From contig JAFXZI010000014.1 of NCBI GenBank assembly GCA_017541325.1, positions 45,741 to 109,740 on the forward strand: DNA of 64,000 bases. Reading direction: 5' to 3'. The notes beneath the pieces are model-generated. The model ran no database searches, was not told the DNA's origin, and worked only from the letters and a program-made list of their open reading frames with translations. The stretch's first letter is position 1, and every line of letters starts with the position of its first letter. The stretch is from Bacilli bacterium (GTDB lineage: Bacteria > Bacillota_I > Bacilli_A > RF39 > UBA660). Position numbers and translations under genes: made by a program. This document shows, piece by piece, positions 57,641-64,000 of the stretch.

Positions 57641-58310
57641 AATAGTTTTTTCCTTTATATTGATATCTAGTATCTTCTTTTCTATTGATGTCGTCTCTTT
57701 CTCTATCATTTCTATCTTGTTGCGTTTGTTTTTGTTGTTCTTTTATTTGTTCTTCTAATTCTTTTTCTTTAGAATCATCATCATTATTATTATTTTGATT
57801 TTCTTTATTATTATCTTTATCTCCAGTACTTCCACCTTTTGAAGATTTTTCTTGTTTTAATTTTTCTAACTCATTATATATTTCTTGTGAATTACTATCT
57901 TTACCACTTACTAAGTCTTTTGCAGCACAATTATTAACTAAAAGAATATCTTGAATATATTCTATATCATCTATTAAATCTTCTTTAGTTAAGTTAAGTA
58001 TTTTCATATATGAAAGTGATAAATTATTTCTAACTTTGCATTCTCTTTTTTTAGATACTGTTTTTAAAGCTTTTTCATATTCTAAAATAGCATCACTATA
58101 TTCTCCTAAATTATATAAATTATTTCCTTTATTATAGTATGCTATATAACTTTCAGGAAAATTTAAAATAAATAATTGTTCTACTAAACTACTATTATAA
58201 TAACCTTTATTACTTTTAGAAATATATGCTTCATTAATTACATATCTAATTGATAAATGAAATAAGAATAAAGACATAATTACTAGTACAAATATTATTA
58301 TTTTTTTCAT
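57639..58310 (-). CDS. BatC-like TPR protein with acidic/basic low-complexity C-terminal tail
   Basis: 223 aa. N-terminal TM. TPR-like NLGEYSDAILEYEKALK. Tail DKDNNKENQNNNNDDDSKEKELEEQIKEQQKQTQQDRNDRERDD. Confidence 0.55.
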   Translation of the reverse strand: MKKIIIFVLVIMSLFLFHLSIRYVINEAYISKSNKGYYNSSLVEQLFILNFPESYIAYYNKGNNLYNLGEYSDAILEYEKALKTVSKKRECKVRNNLSLSYMKILNLTKEDLIDDIEYIQDILLVNNCAAKDLVSGKDSNSQEIYNELEKLKQEKSSKGGSTGDKDNNKENQNNNNDDDSKEKELEEQIKEQQKQTQQDRNDRERDDINRKEDTRYQYKGKNY

Positions 58311-59245
58311 AATCTTACCTTCCTATAATTATATAATTCTATAAGTAAAAGAATACCTATTAAAGGAGTTATAAAATAATATGTATCTTTATAAATATAC
58401 TTTTTTTGATCTCCCTTAACACTATTTTTTTCTTTACTAATTTCATTTATACTTTTATCTACTTCATTTGTACTAGTCATATGAATATAGTCAATTCCAA
58501 GATCTAATGCAATATTTTTCATATTATCTTCATCTATTTTAGAGAATGCTTTTGTACTTCTATAATTTTCATCATAATAATATAAATCTTCTGCTTCTCC
58601 GTAATAAGTATCTATCTTTATAGTAGATCCTTTTGTCGTTCCATATCCTAAAACTGCTCCACCATCTATATATTTTTTTAAATGATTTAGACTATCTTCT
58701 CCAGAGTCACTTGTATTTTCTCCATCTGTAAAAATATATACTATTACTTTATGATCAGTATCTTTTTCTTTTTCTAACATTTTTTCAAGTTGATTTCTAA
58801 ATAAAGTTACTTTTGTACCTCTTGCATAATATTTATTGATTACAGTTATAGAATCAACCGATGCTGAAATAGCATTAGCATCTTTTGTCATAATCATTCT
58901 TGTATAGGCATTATTATCAAAAGTTATAGTAGCATAACTTGCTCCTGCAGTTTTATCAATTATATAATTAATATCTTTTTTTACTTGATCAAGTCTAGTA
59001 GGTTTAACATCATTCGCAGCCATACTAAGAGTTGAATCAACAATAAATATAATATCTAAATTGTTTTCAAATACTGTTATATCTCCATTAGGTAGCATTA
59101 TTCTTAAATTAACGATAAATAATATTACTAATAATAAAAATCTAATTAGTTTTTTTATTCCTGTACTATAAATTAATACCATCAATAGTATAAATATAGA
59201 TAAAGGAATCATTATCCATAAAGATATAATAGGATTAATTATCAT
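58307..59245 (-). CDS. vWA-domain protein (BatB-like)
   Basis: 312 aa. Two N-terminal TMs. MIDAS DxTxS (IVDSTLSMAAND). C-terminal TM. Confidence 0.7.
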   Translation of the reverse strand: MIINPIISLWIMIPLSIFILLMVLIYSTGIKKLIRFLLLVILFIVNLRIMLPNGDITVFENNLDIIFIVDSTLSMAANDVKPTRLDQVKKDINYIIDKTAGASYATITFDNNAYTRMIMTKDANAISASVDSITVINKYYARGTKVTLFRNQLEKMLEKEKDTDHKVIVYIFTDGENTSDSGEDSLNHLKKYIDGGAVLGYGTTKGSTIKIDTYYGEAEDLYYYDENYRSTKAFSKIDEDNMKNIALDLGIDYIHMTSTNEVDKSINEISKEKNSVKGDQKKYIYKDTYYFITPLIGILLLIELYNYRKVRL

Positions 59246-60231
59246 CTAATCAACTCCTTATCTATAAATAGTAAAACAACAAAAGAAATCATTAATAGAA
59301 TAAATGGTACTTCTGGTTGATCATACTCTACTTCTTGCTTTTTTCCTTCTAATAAGCTTGTTTCTTTTTTATTTATTTCATTAACAATTACACTAACATC
59401 ATCTGTTTGAATATATGATTTACCTCCAGTTGTTTTAGCTGCTTCTTGAAGTATACTAATATCCTTTTTAAAAGCAAAAGTAGGTGCGATAGTATAAAGA
59501 GTTATATCTTTCTTTTTAGCTAATTTAGAAGCTTCAGTAACATCTATTAATTCTTTTCCTAATACATCGTTATCTGTAACTAAAATAATTGATCTAGTTC
59601 TTTTCTCATCTAATTTTGGAAAAGCAAAAATACAAGAAGCTAATCCATCTCCTATTAAAGAAGAACCTCTACTTCTATCAGTTAAAGTACCATCTGTTAC
59701 ATACATATCATGAGTTGTAAACATACATGTTAAATCATTACGGCAAGTTAATGACTTATTCATTTTAGTTAATACTTCTTTTAAATAATCATAATCTTCT
59801 GTAAGAGGTGCTAATAAGTAAGAAGTACTATTAAAAATAGAAATACCAATTCTTTCTCCTTTTAATCCATCTATTAATTTTATATATTCATCTATAAACT
59901 CTATATTTAACTGATCAGTTGATGATGAAACATCTAAACATAACATAATATCTCTATTATATTTTTCTTCTTTTATAATGCTTCTATTAACAATTCTAGA
60001 AGATAATACTGAAGATGAGATAATTCCTAAAAATAAGACACCATAAATAAGATATAGTAATACTCTATATCTAAACAAAATATTTTTATAATACGCTGTT
60101 CTTTTTACTATATTAGTATTAGCAATTTTAATATTATTTTTCTTTTTTTCTTTTTTTAATCTACTAATAAAAAATACAATAATAAAAAGAACAATGAATA
60201 TAAATATAAATGCTGGATATCTTATTTCCAT
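59242..60231 (-). CDS. vWA-domain protein (BatA-like)
   Basis: 329 aa. N-terminal TMs. MIDAS MLCLDVSSSTDQ. C-terminal TM. Confidence 0.7.
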   Translation of the reverse strand: MEIRYPAFIFIFIVLFIIVFFISRLKKEKKKNNIKIANTNIVKRTAYYKNILFRYRVLLYLIYGVLFLGIISSSVLSSRIVNRSIIKEEKYNRDIMLCLDVSSSTDQLNIEFIDEYIKLIDGLKGERIGISIFNSTSYLLAPLTEDYDYLKEVLTKMNKSLTCRNDLTCMFTTHDMYVTDGTLTDRSRGSSLIGDGLASCIFAFPKLDEKRTRSIILVTDNDVLGKELIDVTEASKLAKKKDITLYTIAPTFAFKKDISILQEAAKTTGGKSYIQTDDVSVIVNEINKKETSLLEGKKQEVEYDQPEVPFILLMISFVVLLFIDKELIR

Positions 60232-60677
60232 TCTTCTATTACCTTCCTTGTTTTATTAATGGAAGAAATAATGTCTCCCTTATTATTCTTTGAAAATTCT
60301 GGTTCATAATACTCTTTAATTAGATCATATAAAATACCAGTATCTTTTTCTTTTATTTCCGATAAACTACTTTTAAGTAAATCTATATCTGTAGCATCTA
60401 ATACAAAACTTCTTATTAAAACACTCAATCTATTATAAGCAGTTCTACTTTTTATTTTATTAGAATTTATTTCATTATAAAGACTATCTATTTGATATAG
60501 ATATTTCTTTTTTATTATTAAAATATCTTTAGTTATAATATTATTCTTTGGGGTTGGTTTATGTTTAAAAAGTACATATAAAAAATATGCTACTAAAGAT
60601 ACAAGTAATATTATAAAAAGAATAAAACCAACGATATTATAACTAAATTGTCCTTCTAAACTAACTTTTGACTGCAT
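60222..60677 (-). CDS. Small membrane protein (DUF4381-like position in MoxR-vWA operons)
   Basis: 151 aa, single TM (IVGFILFIILLVSLVAYFLYVLF). Positioned between DUF58 and the vWA genes, as in Bat operons. Confidence 0.45.
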   Translation of the reverse strand: MQSKVSLEGQFSYNIVGFILFIILLVSLVAYFLYVLFKHKPTPKNNIITKDILIIKKKYLYQIDSLYNEINSNKIKSRTAYNRLSVLIRSFVLDATDIDLLKSSLSEIKEKDTGILYDLIKEYYEPEFSKNNKGDIISSINKTRKVIEEWK

Positions 60678-61536
60678 GATTATGCCTTTCTAATAAATCA
60701 ATAATTTTATTAACTATTTCATTTTTGCTATTAATTGTTGTAGAACTTACTCTGTACTTAGTAAATAAATAAGATTGTTCTTCAATTAATTCTTGTTTTA
60801 TATTTTCTTCTACTTGTTTTAAAGCATAATTCTTAGAAAATAATTTAGGTACATTATTTTTAGAATCCAAATCATATAAATCATCACCAAATAAAGATGC
60901 ATCAGATATATTTATAAATAATAAATCATGAGATGCAGTAACATTTTTTAATAATTGATTATCTATACTTTCCATTCCCGAAATATCAGAAATAATTACA
61001 AAAATCATCTTTCTTTTAGAATTATCCATACAATAATTAATTCTATCTAAAAGAGTATAATTATTCTCTTCTGTTACATGGTTTTCTAAGTCATTTAGAG
61101 TTAATTCTACATTTAATATACTTTCTTTAAAACTAGTCATATATAAAGTATTTTCTTTTACATAAGAAGTTGCGACCTCATCTCCATTTTTACAAACTAA
61201 ATAAGCAAGAGTTCCATATACGTACATTAGAACATCTCTTTTGTGTTCATAACTTGAAGTAACTCCATCCATCTTTATATTGTTATCAATTATAAAAACA
61301 ACATTATGTCTTTTTAATGCTTCATACCTTCTAACTAAAAGAGAACCATTTCTAATAGATGATTTCCAATCTATATCTTTACTTTCATCTCCTAAAGTAT
61401 AATCTCTTAAATCATCAAAATCCATACTACGACCTTTATAAATAGAACGATATAGCCCATTTAATAAAGCGATTGCTTTTTTAGATGAATTAATAGATAT
61501 ATTTGCTTTTATTTTTTCTATATATTTTGTTTTCAT
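60661..61536 (-). CDS. DUF58-family protein (MoxR partner)
   Basis: 291 aa. DUF58 motif RDYTLGDESKDIDWKSSIRNGSLLVRRYE. Confidence 0.75.
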   Translation of the reverse strand: MKTKYIEKIKANISINSSKKAIALLNGLYRSIYKGRSMDFDDLRDYTLGDESKDIDWKSSIRNGSLLVRRYEALKRHNVVFIIDNNIKMDGVTSSYEHKRDVLMYVYGTLAYLVCKNGDEVATSYVKENTLYMTSFKESILNVELTLNDLENHVTEENNYTLLDRINYCMDNSKRKMIFVIISDISGMESIDNQLLKNVTASHDLLFINISDASLFGDDLYDLDSKNNVPKLFSKNYALKQVEENIKQELIEEQSYLFTKYRVSSTTINSKNEIVNKIIDLLERHNHAVKS

Positions 61537-62522
61537 GGAGTATCTATTGCTCCTACAATAGCATCTATAATTTGTTCTGTAGTAATTCCATCAGCAACAG
61601 CAGCATAATTAAGTTCAATTCTATGTCTTAAAATACTATGAATCATCTCTTTACAATCATCTGGTGTAACATAATTACGACCATTTAAAATAGCTAGAGC
61701 CTTACTAACATTCATAATAGCAATACTTCCTCTAGGAGATGCTCCAATTTCTATATAATTAGCTAAATCTTCATGAATAAATTCATGTGGATGACGTGTT
61801 GCATAAATAATTCTAGAAATATAACTCTTTATAGTTCCATCTACATAAACTTTCTTTGTTAATTCTTGTAAATATTTAATAGCACTTATATCTAATATTT
61901 TAGGATTATCAATAATTACTCCACTTTCTACTCTATTTAATATTTCTATTTCTTCTTCTATAGTTGGATAATTAATAACTTCTTTTAGCAAAAATCTATC
62001 TAATTGTGCTTCTGCAAGTAAATAAGTACCTTCTTGTTCAATAGGATTTTGTGTTGCAATAACTATAAAAGGATCTGGTACATTATAAGTTACACCAGCA
62101 ATAGTTAATTTCTTTTCTTGCATAACTTCAAGCATAGCACTTTGAGTTTTTGCACTAGATCTATTTATTTCATCTAATAGAACAAAGTTAGCATTAACTG
62201 GTCCAATTATAGTTTCAAATTTATTAGTAGAATAATTGAATATTTGTGTTCCAACTATATCACTAGGAAGTAAATCAGGTGTACATTGAATTTTACTAAA
62301 TTTAGCAGAAAAAGCATCTGTTAATACTTTAGCAGCAGTTGTTTTTGCAAGTCCTGGAACAGACTCAAGTAAAATATGCCCTTCTGTCATTAAAGCTACT
62401 AGTAGTGCCTTTTTTAAATTACTTTGCCCAACTATTCTATAATCATAATATGCTGATATCTTATTTATAATTGTAGCTGCTTCATTTAATTCTTCTTCTC
62501 TTAATTCATTATTCATATACAC
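61533..62522 (-). CDS. MoxR-family AAA+ ATPase
   Basis: 329 aa. Walker A ESVPGLAKTTAAKVL. Walker B VLLDEINRSS. AAA_3 lid pattern. Confidence 0.9.
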   Translation of the reverse strand: MYMNNELREEELNEAATIINKISAYYDYRIVGQSNLKKALLVALMTEGHILLESVPGLAKTTAAKVLTDAFSAKFSKIQCTPDLLPSDIVGTQIFNYSTNKFETIIGPVNANFVLLDEINRSSAKTQSAMLEVMQEKKLTIAGVTYNVPDPFIVIATQNPIEQEGTYLLAEAQLDRFLLKEVINYPTIEEEIEILNRVESGVIIDNPKILDISAIKYLQELTKKVYVDGTIKSYISRIIYATRHPHEFIHEDLANYIEIGASPRGSIAIMNVSKALAILNGRNYVTPDDCKEMIHSILRHRIELNYAAVADGITTEQIIDAIVGAIDTP

Positions 62523-62577
62523 TTCACCTATTATAAATTATACCAATAAAAAAAGACTAAAAGTAGTCTTTTATTTA

Positions 62578-63123
62578 TTAAACGTCAACCTTTACATCTG
62601 CTTTTTTCTTTTCATCTGCTTCAAAAAATTCTTTTTTAGTTAAACCTTTTGAGTTAGCAATAACACTTTTTGGAAATGTAACTAGCATTTGATTAAAATG
62701 AGAAACATTTGCATTATACATTCTTCTAGCAGCTTGTAAATGTTCTTCTGTATCAGCAATTGCTTGTTGTAATGTTTTATAATTTTCACTAGATTTAAGT
62801 TCAGGATATGATTCTGCTAAAACATTAATTTTTTCAAAGTTAGCATCCATTTTTTCACTTTCTTTAGCTTTTTCATCAACACTCATACCTTTTCTTAAAT
62901 TAATAACTTCAAATAAAGTTTCTTTTTCATGTTTAGCATATCCTTTAACTACATCAATCATTTTTGTTAAAACATCATATCTTTTTTCTAAAGCTACATC
63001 TATTCCAGATTCTGCTTCTTCAATTTTAACTTGTGCTCTATTTAAACTATTAGAAATTGAAATAACACATAATATAATTATTAAAACTACTGCAACAATT
63101 ATTCCGACATATAATAGATCCAT
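62578..63123 (-). CDS. LemA-family protein
   Basis: 181 aa. N-terminal TM then the LemA helical domain (NRAQVKIEEAESGIDVALEKRYDVL...). Confidence 0.85.
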   Translation of the reverse strand: MDLLYVGIIVAVVLIIILCVISISNSLNRAQVKIEEAESGIDVALEKRYDVLTKMIDVVKGYAKHEKETLFEVINLRKGMSVDEKAKESEKMDANFEKINVLAESYPELKSSENYKTLQQAIADTEEHLQAARRMYNANVSHFNQMLVTFPKSVIANSKGLTKKEFFEADEKKKADVKVDV

Positions 63124-63165
63124 AAGTTCACCTCCTTCATATCATGATTTAATTATAACAAATTA

Positions 63166-63978
63166 CTATTCATTTTTAAATAATTCTTTATTATCTTCTA
63201 TTTCATCTGAAATACTTTTTATAAAACTAATTTGATCAGATAATTCTTTTATAGCAGTTTCTGAATTATTATGTATTTTATTTAGATTAAATAAATTATT
63301 AGAACTTTTTAAAAGAACATGCATCTTATCTGATTCAAAAATTACACATATAGGACACTTAGCACGATTTTTTATTCTTTTAATTTGTTCAATAACGGTT
63401 GGAGTTAAAACATAAAAAACTTCTTGTTCATCGCTGCCACTAATATTAAAATTTTCCATAAAACTAGCATCTTCTATTTTATACTTTTCTCCTATGGCTC
63501 TCATTCTTTTATCACAAACATATATTTCACTTTTTATTTCTTTATAAAAATCAAAAACTAACCATTGGCCAGTAAACTCGGAAGGAAAATTCTGATCACT
63601 ATTATCAAAGTAAAAGACATCATATATTTCTATTGTTTTATTATTATATTTTCCTTTAAAATAATCATTTATAATATTAAAATGAAACACAAACTTCTTT
63701 GTATTAAGATATAATTCCATGTCTTCTATCAGATTATCATCATGACGGAATACATTGTTACCGAATTCTTTTTCTAATAACTCTTTAACTATTGTATCTT
63801 TTATTTCTTTAGATTTATCATCCATCATAGATAAAATGCAAAAGAATAATACAACTCCAATACCATATGTAACAAAATATGCAATAAAATTAGGATATTG
63901 AATATTCGTCTTAAAAATAGCATTAATAATCATTAGAATAAATGGGGAAAAGAATAAAATAAACATAACAGTCCACAT
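63166..63978 (-). CDS. Hypothetical two-TM membrane protein (270 aa) upstream of lemA
   Basis: Two N-terminal TM helices and a soluble C-terminal domain. A common LemA-neighbour arrangement, but no motif recognised. Confidence 0.4.
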   Translation of the reverse strand: MWTVMFILFFSPFILMIINAIFKTNIQYPNFIAYFVTYGIGVVLFFCILSMMDDKSKEIKDTIVKELLEKEFGNNVFRHDDNLIEDMELYLNTKKFVFHFNIINDYFKGKYNNKTIEIYDVFYFDNSDQNFPSEFTGQWLVFDFYKEIKSEIYVCDKRMRAIGEKYKIEDASFMENFNISGSDEQEVFYVLTPTVIEQIKRIKNRAKCPICVIFESDKMHVLLKSSNNLFNLNKIHNNSETAIKELSDQISFIKSISDEIEDNKELFKNE

Positions 63979-64000
63979 AAGAATATACTGAATATTTATT

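Overview
AT-rich (~27-28% GC) low-GC Firmicutes-type chromosomal segment, probably Erysipelotrichia/Clostridia-like; the taxon cannot be fixed from sequence alone. 60 of 63 genes lie on the minus strand, consistent with leading-strand co-orientation. Most of the window is core genome. It holds five aminoacyl-tRNA synthetases (glyQS, proS, hisS-aspS, gltX), and three of these operons have T-box leaders I could read directly (conserved GGTGGnACCGCG box plus terminator/antiterminator). It also holds pyk, greA, fmt, yebC, yqeG-yqeH, ddl-murF, radC, tmcAL, an unfused DAHP synthase, an SPFH/NfeD pair, and a tRNA-Ile/Asn/Glu cluster with its promoter and terminator. Accessory-looking content: (1) a complete Gram-positive Tad (CpaE-CpaF-TadB-TadC plus two TadE-like pseudopilins) operon embedded directly downstream of ddl, with no recognisable flp pilin or prepilin peptidase. 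(2) Two giant proteins with class-III (type IV pilin-like, G^FTLIE) N-termini fused to adhesin modules. One is a 684-aa BspA-type LRR protein. The other is a 1048-aa HYR/Ig-repeat, Cys-rich protein with an unusual 64-aa polybasic leader. (3) A two-gene operon beside the tRNA cluster encoding a 1153-aa protein with a C-terminal Pol-beta-type nucleotidyltransferase core (GSxGRGT..SDxD) plus a GNAT-like protein; this is a candidate uncharacterised defence/modification module. (4) A MurF whose canonical N-terminal domain is replaced by a roughly 190-aa polytopic membrane segment. (5) A Bat-like MoxR/DUF58/vWA/TPR locus plus an 846-aa beta-propeller/polytopic membrane protein. (6) Several secreted low-complexity or repeat proteins, including an Asn/Met-rich protein running off the left edge that the ORF track misses. 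I found no CRISPR array, integrase, transposase or rRNA. Product calls rest on recognisable motifs read by eye and should be confirmed by HMM/structure searches.
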